Assembly: GCA_049275655.1 (NCBI GenBank)
Contig: JBASUY010000042.1
Location: 68,690 to 120,105 of the forward strand
Length of the DNA stretch: 51,416 bases
Source of the DNA: Candidatus Omnitrophota bacterium
GTDB taxonomy: Bacteria; Omnitrophota; Gorgyraeia; Gygaellales; Profunditerraquicolaceae
Direction: 5' to 3'
Shown here: positions 37,602 to 45,831 of the stretch, one piece after another
Layout: each line of letters starts with the position of its first letter
How positions within the stretch are numbered: position 1 is the stretch's first letter
Translations under genes and position numbers: made by a program
The notes under the pieces: generated by a model
What the model was told of the DNA's origin: nothing
What the model saw: only the letters and a program-made list of their open reading frames with translations
The model's database searches: none

Positions 37602-38279
37602 ATGTTTATTAAAAGAAGGATATTTTTATTTATCTTTTTATTAATATTACCTATTTTTTATATCTTAGGATGTTCTACAACGCCGAATATCTATCCTGCT
37701 TTACAACCGCCTATCTTAGATTCTCCTGGAGTTTATCATACGGTCACTAAGGGGCAGACCCTTTGGGGCATATCTAAACAATATGGGGTAGATTTAGAGT
37801 TATTGACCAAGATAAACCGAATTTTAGATAATAGGTCTATTGAGATAGGGCAGAAGATTTTTATCCCGGATAAGCTAAGAGATAAAAAATTAGAGCATGC
37901 ATATAGCCAAGGGGATGATTTTATCTGGCCGGTTAAGGGAAGGATAATATGCCCTTTTGGCCAAACTTTTAGGAATAGGGTTAACAAAGGTTTAATTTTA
38001 GCTCCCTATGAGAGTAGCGATGTTTTAGTTTCTCGTTCAGGGAGGGTTGTTTTCTTAGGCGAGAATTTTGCCGGTTTAGGTACGACTCTAATTATAGATC
38101 ACGCTGACGGTTTCTTTACTGTTTATGGGGTAAACTCTGATATTTTTGTTAAACTGGGAGAGAGTGTTAAGCGGGGCACAGTTATAAGCCGCATCTCGCT
38201 TTCGGGGAAGAATACTTATCTTCATTTTGAAATAAGGAAGGGCCAAGTTCCTCAAAACCCAACATTTTATCTGTCATGA
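37602..38279 (+). CDS. LysM-domain M23 peptidase lipoprotein (NlpD-like)
   Basis: Lipobox ILGC, LysM (YHTVTKGQTLWGISKQYGVDLELLTKINR), M23 motifs (IIDHADGFFTVYG, LHFEIR). Confidence 0.85.
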   Translation: MFIKRRIFLFIFLLILPIFYILGCSTTPNIYPALQPPILDSPGVYHTVTKGQTLWGISKQYGVDLELLTKINRILDNRSIEIGQKIFIPDKLRDKKLEHAYSQGDDFIWPVKGRIICPFGQTFRNRVNKGLILAPYESSDVLVSRSGRVVFLGENFAGLGTTLIIDHADGFFTVYGVNSDIFVKLGESVKRGTVISRISLSGKNTYLHFEIRKGQVPQNPTFYLS

Positions 38280-39868
38280 GTAAAAATAATTTTTTTGGGC
38301 GTCAGGCACAATTAGAGTTATTAAATAAGCGTGTTAGCGGGCTTAAAGATAATTACCGCCAGAATATAGCTATAATTGGAGATGAGCTGGTCGGGAAAAC
38401 CTCCTTAATTTTTAAATTCATAGAGGATTTTCATGATAACCAAATCCTGACTCTTTTTATTGATACCCGTATTGAGTCTGTGGAGATTTTTTCAAAAAGG
38501 TTTATCGGCGTATTGCTTTATAATTTTTTAAGTAATAGCGGTTTAATTCTAAAAGAGGATTTGGATTTTCTCATTGACAGGTCCTTAAGCTATATCCCCA
38601 AAACAACAGAAAAGATAAAATCTATACTAAACAATTTATCTAAGAGAAAAACCTCCGGGATATTCCCCGAACTTATCTCTCTATGCGAGAGCCTTTATCA
38701 GGAGACGGGCAAATCATCGGTAATCATTTTTGATGAGTTTCATAATTTAGAGCTCTTAGGCTTTAAAAATTTCTATAAAGACTGGTCAAAGATTTTAGTC
38801 TCCAACAAGAATATTATGTTTATTATTATCAGTTCTTTAAAATTTAAAGCCAGTGAGATACTTTCTAAGGGGCTCTCATTACTTTTTGGGAACTTTGAGG
38901 TTATTACTATTGAGCCTTTTGATACAAGGACAAGTATGGAGTATTTAAACTTACGCCTTAAAGACCAAGATACACCTTTGCCCTTGAAGGAATTTATAAT
39001 ACATTTTACCGGTGGATATCCGATGTATATGGATATTATTTCTGATTCGCTTATTACTAAAAAAGATTCTACCTTTCCTGAGCTTTTAGAGGATATACTT
39101 TTTGCTACCTCAGGAGCCCTAAACCAGCGTTTTGTTAATTATTTAAAACGTTTTGATAAACGCCCTTCAGGCAACGATAGCATTAATATGCTTTATCTTA
39201 TCTCAAGCGGTAGGAATAAACTAAAAGAATTAGCGCATATATTACGCAAGAAGAAGAGCGAGGTTAATCTAATGGTTACGCGGTTATTGGAGTTAGATAC
39301 CATTACTCGTAGCGGAGATTTTCTGCGGATTAATGACCGTGTTTTTAGTTTTTGGTTAAAATTCGTTTATCAAGAAAAACTTAACTCTTTGACTTTTGAC
39401 GCAAAAAACCAAAAGGCACGGTTTCGTGACCAGATAGATGCTATGGTTCAGGAGTTTACGCTTATTTCTCAAAAAACGCTGATGGAGAGGATGAATGATT
39501 TATTCAGGCTCTTTGAAGATGAAATTTTACAGATAGAAAAAAAGAAGATAAGGTTGAATCATTTCCGTGAGATAAAGCCGTTGGAGTTTAAAGGGGATGC
39601 TCTTAGAAAAGGCTTAATCGGCCGTTCTGACCAATCTCTCTGGATAGTAGCAGTTAAAGCCAAAAGCCTTAAAGAAGAAGATATAATTGCATTTTCCAAA
39701 GAGTGTAGGAAATACAGGCATAAGCAGCAAAGAAAGGTAATTGTCACCTTAGATGATATAGATGCAAACACAAGATTAAGGGCGATGGAAGAGAAGGTTT
39801 GGGCGTGGGATATTGATAAACTAAATTATTTCTTTGACCTTTATTCAAGGCCTAGGGTAATATCATGA
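38276..39868 (+). CDS. AAA/'archaeal ATPase'-type P-loop ATPase with wHTH-like and C-terminal DUF234-like regions
   Basis: FFGRQAQLELL, Walker A GDELVGKTS, Walker B VIIFDEFH, wHTH-like LKELAHILRKKKSEVNLMVTRLLELDTI, C-terminal ~90-aa module. ATGA overlaps on both sides. Confidence 0.65.
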   Translation: MSKNNFFGRQAQLELLNKRVSGLKDNYRQNIAIIGDELVGKTSLIFKFIEDFHDNQILTLFIDTRIESVEIFSKRFIGVLLYNFLSNSGLILKEDLDFLIDRSLSYIPKTTEKIKSILNNLSKRKTSGIFPELISLCESLYQETGKSSVIIFDEFHNLELLGFKNFYKDWSKILVSNKNIMFIIISSLKFKASEILSKGLSLLFGNFEVITIEPFDTRTSMEYLNLRLKDQDTPLPLKEFIIHFTGGYPMYMDIISDSLITKKDSTFPELLEDILFATSGALNQRFVNYLKRFDKRPSGNDSINMLYLISSGRNKLKELAHILRKKKSEVNLMVTRLLELDTITRSGDFLRINDRVFSFWLKFVYQEKLNSLTFDAKNQKARFRDQIDAMVQEFTLISQKTLMERMNDLFRLFEDEILQIEKKKIRLNHFREIKPLEFKGDALRKGLIGRSDQSLWIVAVKAKSLKEEDIIAFSKECRKYRHKQQRKVIVTLDDIDANTRLRAMEEKVWAWDIDKLNYFFDLYSRPRVIS

Positions 39869-40362
39869 AGATAGTTGTTGTTTCGGATACCCATATTTGC
39901 GGTGAGATTAAAGATTTCCCTGGAAATTTACTTGACGATATAAAGAGTGCTGATTTAGTTATACATACAGGAGATTTTACAGAAGTTGAATGTTTTCAAA
40001 GCCTAAAAGCCCTTGCTAAAGACCTCCAGGCTGTGCACGGGAATATGGATTCCGAAGAATTAAAGAAAAGGCTCCCAGCAAAGAGCCTTTTTAATGTAGG
40101 CGGGTATAAGATTGCAATTACCCATGGCAGTGGAGCGCCTCTTAATATAATCTCTGTATTAAGTAATGCCTTTAAAGCAGATAACCCCGATATTATTATC
40201 TTTGGGCATACCCATACGGCTTTTAATAAAAAGATAAACGATACCCTTTATTTTAACCCCGGGTCTCTCTTTGATAGATTTTATGCTGAGTTTAATTCCT
40301 ACGGGATCATTGAGATTAACGGGGGTATTAATGCAAGAATAGTAAAAATTAATAATGCATAG
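39865..40362 (+). CDS. YfcE/MJ0936-family metallophosphoesterase
   Basis: MKIVVVSDTH, HTGDF, HGNMD, GHTH metal-ligand motifs; 165 aa. Confidence 0.85.
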   Translation: MKIVVVSDTHICGEIKDFPGNLLDDIKSADLVIHTGDFTEVECFQSLKALAKDLQAVHGNMDSEELKKRLPAKSLFNVGGYKIAITHGSGAPLNIISVLSNAFKADNPDIIIFGHTHTAFNKKINDTLYFNPGSLFDRFYAEFNSYGIIEINGGINARIVKINNA

Positions 40363-41506
40363 AAAAAAAAGAACAAATAAGTCCGAAGAACTTCTTGCTG
40401 TGTATGCTATGAGAAGCTCAGAAAGTAAAGGGAGAGTTTATCCTGAAGCAGAGCATTCTTACCGCTCCTGTTATCAGCGTGACCGGGATAGGATAATACA
40501 CTCAGCGGCCTTTAGAAGGCTGGAATACAAAACTCAGGTTTTTGTCAATCATGAAGGGGACTATTACCGGACACGCTTAACTCATACGTTAGAGGTATCG
40601 CAAATTGCCCGGACAATAGCCTCTGCTTTACGCCTTAATTCAGATTTAACAGAAGCAATATCATTAGCCCATGACGTAGGGCATACTGCTTTTGGGCATT
40701 CAGGGGAAGAAGCGCTTAATGAGCTTATGCTTAAAGAAGGTGGGTTTAATCATAATGCTCACGGTTTAAGGGTAGTTGATTACCTTGAAGAGAGATATCC
40801 TCATTTTCCGGGGTTAAACCTTACTTGGGAGGTAAGGGAGGGGATTATAAAGCACTCTACCTTATTTGATGTTGCAGGTAAAGTAAAAGAGTTTGCTAAG
40901 TTTCCTTCTTCAAGCCTGGAAGCTCAGGTAGTTGATATTGCCGATGAGATAGCCTATGATAATCATGACCTTGATGATGGGCTGGCTTCAGGATTAATAG
41001 TAGAATCTGATTTATTAAAGATAGGTCTATGGAGAGATATAGATAAGAGGATATCTAAAGAATACGGTAATATCCCGTCCATTAAAAAAAGATACCTTAT
41101 CATACGCTCGCTTATTGATTTGCAGGTTACCGATTTAATTAAAGAGACAGAGAAGAATATACTTTTATTAAAGCCGGTTAACTCTGATAGCATAAGAAGG
41201 TTAAATAAAAAGGTGGTTACCTTTAGTAGCAATATGTTAAAATTAAGGGTGCCCTTGAAGGACTTTCTTTTGAATCGGCTTTATCATCATTTTCGCGTAG
41301 TGCGCATGAGCATTAAGGCAAAGCGCTTCATACAAGAGTTATTTAAAGTTTATCTAAAAAATCCTAAGCAGTTGCCTTTGGATATACAAGAAAGGATAGC
41401 TAAGGACGGGGCAAAGAGGGCAGTATGCGATTATATTGCCGCAATGACGGATAGGTATGCCTTAGATGAATACAAAAAACTATTTACCCCCTACGAAGCG
41501 GTATAA
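40355..41506 (+). CDS. dgt: dGTPase-like deoxynucleoside triphosphate triphosphohydrolase (HD domain)
   Basis: RDRDRIIHSAAFRRLEYKTQVF, YRTRLTHTLEVSQIAR, HDVGHTAFGH, DIADEIAYDNHDLDD. Confidence 0.88.
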   Translation: MHRKKRTNKSEELLAVYAMRSSESKGRVYPEAEHSYRSCYQRDRDRIIHSAAFRRLEYKTQVFVNHEGDYYRTRLTHTLEVSQIARTIASALRLNSDLTEAISLAHDVGHTAFGHSGEEALNELMLKEGGFNHNAHGLRVVDYLEERYPHFPGLNLTWEVREGIIKHSTLFDVAGKVKEFAKFPSSSLEAQVVDIADEIAYDNHDLDDGLASGLIVESDLLKIGLWRDIDKRISKEYGNIPSIKKRYLIIRSLIDLQVTDLIKETEKNILLLKPVNSDSIRRLNKKVVTFSSNMLKLRVPLKDFLLNRLYHHFRVVRMSIKAKRFIQELFKVYLKNPKQLPLDIQERIAKDGAKRAVCDYIAAMTDRYALDEYKKLFTPYEAV

Positions 41507-42521
41507 GATATTAGTATCCTCTATACACGCTATTTATAGGCTGATTAATTCTACCTATGACCTAAAAGATTTAGTCGGTAGGTTAACAAAGCTGGTTGCC
41601 CAGATATTAAACTCTGACTACTGTATGATTACTCTCTTGGATGCAACAAAAAAGTATTCTATCTTAAGGTCTTCTATCAATAATAAGCGCCGATTCATTA
41701 CCGATAAAAAAAATAAGATTACCGATAGGATAGAAAAAAGGATACTTAAAAACAGTTCGGTTGTAAGGAGGCCTAATTTAATTGCTGCTCCCTTGATATC
41801 GGATGACCTTATAGGCGTAATTGTCGTAAGGCGTTTTAAAAATAAAACACCTTTTGAGAAATTTGACCAAGATTTACTATTAACCTCCGTAGAGCAATCT
41901 ATAACCGGTATTAAAAACTTGCAACTTTATGAAGAGCAGCAGAGAATAGTCTTTGGGAGTGTTAAGTCGCTGGTAACCCTTTTGGATACAAGGATTCCTA
42001 ATGAATATACCCACTCTCCTTATTTTAGCCGCTTAGTCGTTGCCATAGGAAATGAGCTTCGCTTAGATGAAAAACAAATACAGAGTTTAAGGTATGCTAG
42101 TTTTCTTCACGATACCGGGAAGGTTGACATACCCTTGGAGATACTTACTAAAACCACCAAGCTTACTAAGCAAGAGTATAATATAATTAAAAAACATCCC
42201 CTTAAAGGGGCGCAGATATTAAGGCCCTTGCAGATATTAAAACCGGTTATCCCGATTATTATGCACCACCATGAAAGATACGATGGGACGGGATACCCTT
42301 CAAGGCTTAAAAAAAGGCAGATACCCGAAGGCGCGCGCATTATGGCAGTTGCCGATGCTTTTGAAGCGATGGTTTATGGCAGGCCCTACCGCGAAAGAAA
42401 GGATATAGATTCTGCGATAAAAGAGATACGCAAGAAAAGCGGCACTCAATTTGACCCTAAAGTAGTAGAAGCCTTCCTTAGGGTTATAAAAAAATTCAAT
42501 ACAAAGGTTTATACTAGGTAA
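41466..42521 (+). CDS. GAF-domain HD-GYP phosphodiesterase (second copy)
   Basis: HDTGKVDIP, HHHERYDGTGYPSRL, FDPKVVEAF. The only ATG start overlaps dgt by 41 nt. Confidence 0.85.
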   Translation: MNTKNYLPPTKRYKILVSSIHAIYRLINSTYDLKDLVGRLTKLVAQILNSDYCMITLLDATKKYSILRSSINNKRRFITDKKNKITDRIEKRILKNSSVVRRPNLIAAPLISDDLIGVIVVRRFKNKTPFEKFDQDLLLTSVEQSITGIKNLQLYEEQQRIVFGSVKSLVTLLDTRIPNEYTHSPYFSRLVVAIGNELRLDEKQIQSLRYASFLHDTGKVDIPLEILTKTTKLTKQEYNIIKKHPLKGAQILRPLQILKPVIPIIMHHHERYDGTGYPSRLKKRQIPEGARIMAVADAFEAMVYGRPYRERKDIDSAIKEIRKKSGTQFDPKVVEAFLRVIKKFNTKVYTR

Positions 42522-42535
42522 ATTAAGGGCAGGTT

Positions 42536-43087
42536 ATGAACGAGAAATCTCAGGATCAACTAGAGCTCTTTTCAGATTCAACTGAAAAACAAAAATCTTC
42601 TTATAGAAAGGATAATCTAAGGCGTAATTCCAGAAATATTTACAGCTATGAAAGGGCGATACTTATTCTTATTGCCTTGATGGTAGTATCAATAATTGCC
42701 TTTTCTTTAGGCGTTAAAAAGGGTAGGAGCTTGCAGGTAGTTACTCTAGAAAAATCCCCCATAGAATACCCTAAAGAAGTAGGGGGGGCATCTTTTGTCA
42801 CTGAAGAGTCCCTTAAAGAGTCCCTTAAAGAGCCGGCTAAAGAGGAATTAACCTTTGATATTCCTTCTAAAGAGGCTTATACTATACAGGTGGCGAGCTT
42901 TAAGACTCTTTCTAATACTAAAAGGGAGGCAGAGTTATTAAAGCAAAGGGGTTATGATTCTACAGTTATTAATAAGGGGAAACATATTATTTTATGCGTA
43001 GGTAATCTTTCTAATAAAAAAGAGGCGCAGGCTTTATTGTCAGAGTTAAGAAGATATTATAAAGATTGCCTTATAAGGAGGTTATAA
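42536..43087 (+). CDS. SPOR-domain membrane protein
   Basis: Single TM, a linker with an in-frame 12-nt tandem duplication (ESLKESLKE), C-terminal SPOR fold (YTIQVASFKTLSNTKREAELLKQRGYDS). Confidence 0.75.
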   Translation: MNEKSQDQLELFSDSTEKQKSSYRKDNLRRNSRNIYSYERAILILIALMVVSIIAFSLGVKKGRSLQVVTLEKSPIEYPKEVGGASFVTEESLKESLKEPAKEELTFDIPSKEAYTIQVASFKTLSNTKREAELLKQRGYDSTVINKGKHIILCVGNLSNKKEAQALLSELRRYYKDCLIRRL

Positions 43088-43089
43088 AG

Positions 43090-43335
43090 ATGTCTATACA
43101 CCCGTCATTGGCAGTAGCTGAAAAAGATAAGAAACAAAGGTCAGTATTAAAACGTAGCGAACGGATTAGGGCGATGATTGATAAGGGCAACTGGAAAGAG
43201 GGGGATAAGGTCTATGGGTTGCCTAAACTTAAAACAGTAAGGATTAAAATTAAGAAAGAAAAGTCTGGGAAGGCCCAAGTAGCCTCTGCAAAAGGAGCAT
43301 CTGCCGAGGCAGCCGCTGAAACAAAGAGTAAATAA
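43090..43335 (+). CDS. Small basic protein (PVC-type 'small basic protein' family-like)
   Basis: MSIHPSLAV...RSVLKRSERIRAMIDKGNWKEGDKVYGLPKLK pattern. The ATG at 43090 follows AAGGAGG; the ORF-track start at 43066 overlaps the previous gene. Confidence 0.6.
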   Translation: MSIHPSLAVAEKDKKQRSVLKRSERIRAMIDKGNWKEGDKVYGLPKLKTVRIKIKKEKSGKAQVASAKGASAEAAAETKSK

Positions 43336-43338
43336 AGA

Positions 43339-44430
43339 GTGCGTATTATCAAATTAAAGCTTAAAAAAAATTCCTACGATATTCTCACCGGTATAAAGAT
43401 ACTCCCTTTATTGGGGCGTTTTCTTAACCGTCTTAAAATCGGTAGGGATGCTTATATTATTACCAATAACCGCATTAAAAAACTTTACGGCAACCTAGTT
43501 GCTAAAAGTTTAAAGAGTGCTAGTTTTAATTTTGTATTTAAGACTGTTCCCGATACAGAAAAGGCAAAAGATATAAAGGTTGCTACTTCTTTGATTAAAG
43601 ATTTGGCTAAGTTTGACCTTAAGAGAAAGCCCTTCATAATTGCCTTAGGAGGGGGGGTTATTGGGGATTTAAGCGGGTTTGTCGCTTCTATTTATAAAAG
43701 AGGGATACCTTATATCCAGGTTCCAACTACTTTATTAGCTCAGGTAGATTCTGCTATAGGGGGAAAGACTGCCATAGATTTAAAAGAGGGGAAGAATTTA
43801 GTTGGGGCGTTTTACCAACCTAAAATGGTTTTAAGCGATGTGTCCTGCCTTACAACTTTAACTAAGAAAGATATTAAAAGCGGATTAGCAGAGGTGATAA
43901 AATACGGGCTGATTAAGGACAGTAGGTTATTTGTTTATTTAGAGAAGAACTATAAAAAGATAATCAACCTAAATAAGCCTTCTTTAGAATATATAGTTAA
44001 CTCTTGCTCAAGGATAAAAGCTATGGTTGTCTCTTCTGATGAAAAGGAGGAGAAAGGGATACGTACTATATTAAACTTTGGGCATACCATAGGCCATGCT
44101 ATTGAGGCGGCATCAGGTTTTAAGGGGTACACGCACGGGGAGGCGATAGCTTTAGGGATGCTTGTTTCGCTTAGGATAAGCGTTGAGCTTAAGCTTATAG
44201 GCGAGGAGGAATTTGAAAGGGTAGAGTCATTGGTTAGGAATATCGGTTTGCCGGTGAAAATAGAAGGCGTATCTTTAAATAGTATCCTAAGAAAACATTA
44301 TCACGATAAGAAGTTTAGCGGTAAATCTAATAAATTCGTCCTCTTGTCTAAATTAGGCAGAGTAAAAATAATTAATAACCTTCCTCTTGAGATTATACGT
44401 TCTGCTATTAGGGATAGGATTTATCTTTAA
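43339..44430 (+). CDS. aroB: 3-dehydroquinate synthase
   Basis: GGGVIGDLSGFVAS, VPTTLLAQVDSAIGGKTAIDL, NFGHTIGHAIE, HGEAIALGM; GTG start. Confidence 0.92.
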   Translation: MRIIKLKLKKNSYDILTGIKILPLLGRFLNRLKIGRDAYIITNNRIKKLYGNLVAKSLKSASFNFVFKTVPDTEKAKDIKVATSLIKDLAKFDLKRKPFIIALGGGVIGDLSGFVASIYKRGIPYIQVPTTLLAQVDSAIGGKTAIDLKEGKNLVGAFYQPKMVLSDVSCLTTLTKKDIKSGLAEVIKYGLIKDSRLFVYLEKNYKKIINLNKPSLEYIVNSCSRIKAMVVSSDEKEEKGIRTILNFGHTIGHAIEAASGFKGYTHGEAIALGMLVSLRISVELKLIGEEEFERVESLVRNIGLPVKIEGVSLNSILRKHYHDKKFSGKSNKFVLLSKLGRVKIINNLPLEIIRSAIRDRIYL

Positions 44431-44906
44431 CGAGAAGAATTAAGCAAGGTAATTACCTTTCCTTCAAAATCTAAAGACACCTTTTCTAAATTTATCTCTT
44501 TTACCTTTGCGTTTTGTATGGTGTCTCCGGGTTTAACTACCCTGTTATTAATTAAGGCATACCTTTCGTTGCCTTGGAAATATACCCCGTTTAATGTTAA
44601 TTCAGGCTCTAGGGGCTCTTCTATAAGGGTGGGTTCTTCTATCTTATCTTGGGGGGTAATTTCCACAGTTGGCTCTATTGTTATAGGTTCAGGGATTAAA
44701 GAAGGTTGTGCTGCTTTAGAAATTTTAACTATATGTATAATAGTTTTTGCTATAAATACTAACGATAAAAGAATAAGGATTAATACAAGCAGAGGGTTTG
44801 GTTTTTTAATTTCAGGTTTTTTTGTAAAAGTAGAATTAGCCTGTTGGTTATTGGAGTTACTTGTATTTTTTTCTACTTTTTTTAAGGCATCATAAATTAT
44901 GCTCAA
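44427..44906 (-). CDS. GspB/ExeB-like protein (single TM, T2SSB-like C-terminal domain)
   Basis: N-terminus MSIIYDALKKVEK, one TM, C-terminus LNGVYFQGNERYALINNRVVKPGDTI. Overlaps the ExeA-like gene by 4 nt. Confidence 0.6.
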   Translation of the reverse strand: MSIIYDALKKVEKNTSNSNNQQANSTFTKKPEIKKPNPLLVLILILLSLVFIAKTIIHIVKISKAAQPSLIPEPITIEPTVEITPQDKIEEPTLIEEPLEPELTLNGVYFQGNERYALINNRVVKPGDTIQNAKVKEINLEKVSLDFEGKVITLLNSSR

Positions 44907-45727
44907 ATTTTTCCTCCTATTGCATAACTATCCAGTTCTTCAAGGCACTTGTTGATTATATTCCGGTCTATATTTTTGGATCCTGCAGTAAATCCTGCCA
45001 GTAAGGCCCTATCGCAAATCATATTTATTAATCGCGGTGTTCCCGAAGAAAAATTACTAATTCCTTCAATAGCCTCAATAGAAAACTCTATTCCTCCAGC
45101 TAAGCCGGCGACATTCAGCCTATGTTCAATATAATCTGCTATCTCTCTGTGTTCAAGGGGGAGGATATGATATCTAACCATAACCCTTTGCCTTAGTTGC
45201 CTTAGCTCATATAGATTTAGCCGTGCATTAAGTTCAGGTTGGCCTACGAGTATTACTTGGAGGAGTTTTTCTTTTTCCGTTTCAATATTAGAAAGAAGCC
45301 GTATTTGCTCTAAGAGCCCGGGTTTTAAGTTTTGTGCTTCATCTATAATTAATACAACATTATTCTTTAAAGATGATTCCTGCAGGAGAAATTCATTTAG
45401 CTGAGAGACCATCCCTAGCTTACTCTTTCCTAAGGGTAAAATTCCAAAGTCAGTTACTACAGATTCTAAGAGTTGTGTTTCTGAGAAGCGCGGATTTAAT
45501 ATAAAAGCAGTTTTTACATTTTTTCCAAGCTCGCCTAGGAAGAATCTACAGAGGGTGGTCTTACCGGTACCTATCTCTCCGGTTAAAACTATAATTCCTT
45601 TTCTCTCTGAGACTCCATAATGCAGGTGGGCTAAGGCTTCTTTATGCTTGCTACTGAGGTAAAAGAAGGCCGGGTCGGATGTAACATTAAAGGGGCGTTC
45701 TTTTAAACCGTAAAATTTACAATACAT
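44903..45727 (-). CDS. ExeA/GspA/MshM-like AAA ATPase (ATPase module only)
   Basis: YGLKERPF, Walker A GEIGTGKTT, Walker B LIIDEAQNL, LQVILVGQPEL; 274 aa, no peptidoglycan-binding C-domain. Confidence 0.8.
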   Translation of the reverse strand: MYCKFYGLKERPFNVTSDPAFFYLSSKHKEALAHLHYGVSERKGIIVLTGEIGTGKTTLCRFFLGELGKNVKTAFILNPRFSETQLLESVVTDFGILPLGKSKLGMVSQLNEFLLQESSLKNNVVLIIDEAQNLKPGLLEQIRLLSNIETEKEKLLQVILVGQPELNARLNLYELRQLRQRVMVRYHILPLEHREIADYIEHRLNVAGLAGGIEFSIEAIEGISNFSSGTPRLINMICDRALLAGFTAGSKNIDRNIINKCLEELDSYAIGGKI

Positions 45728-45748
45728 CTATTCTCCTTCTGCTTAATT

Positions 45749-45776
45749 ATTATAACAAAAGGAGGGAGGATGTCAA
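45749..45776 (-). promoter_or_regulatory. Consensus sigma70 promoter for the exeA-like operon (TTGACA, 16-nt spacer, TATAAT on the minus strand)
   Basis: Reverse complement reads TTGACAtcctccctccttttgtTATAATaattaagcAGAAGGAGaatagATG. Confidence 0.65.
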
Positions 45777-45802
45777 TTATTTGCTAAGAAAGAGATAATT
45801 AA

Positions 45803-45831
45803 TTGACATGAAGGTTGATATATGTTATTAT
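45803..45831 (+). promoter_or_regulatory. Sigma70-like promoter (TTGACA, 17-nt spacer, TATTAT) for the PilZ operon
   Basis: Read directly from the sequence. Its -35 overlaps the ORF-track ATG (45808) of the first PilZ gene. Confidence 0.45.

Noticed and set aside
42806-42829. Exact in-frame 12-nt tandem duplication GAGTCCCTTAAA x2 in the SPOR protein linker.
   Set aside because: It is real, but it is a simple two-copy duplication in a low-complexity linker (ESLKESLKE). It carries no further functional implication.
44518-44895. 125-aa plus-strand ORF opposite the GspB-like gene.
   Set aside because: The minus-strand product has the recognisable GspB N-terminus and T2SSB-like C-terminus and overlaps exeA by 4 nt. 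The plus-strand ORF has no RBS or motif.
45770-45787. Mini-ORF MSIIC preceded by AAGGAGGGAGG, upstream of the PilZ gene.
   Set aside because: The apparent SD plus ATG is simply the reverse complement of the consensus -35 (TTGACAT) and pyrimidine-rich spacer of the minus-strand exeA promoter.
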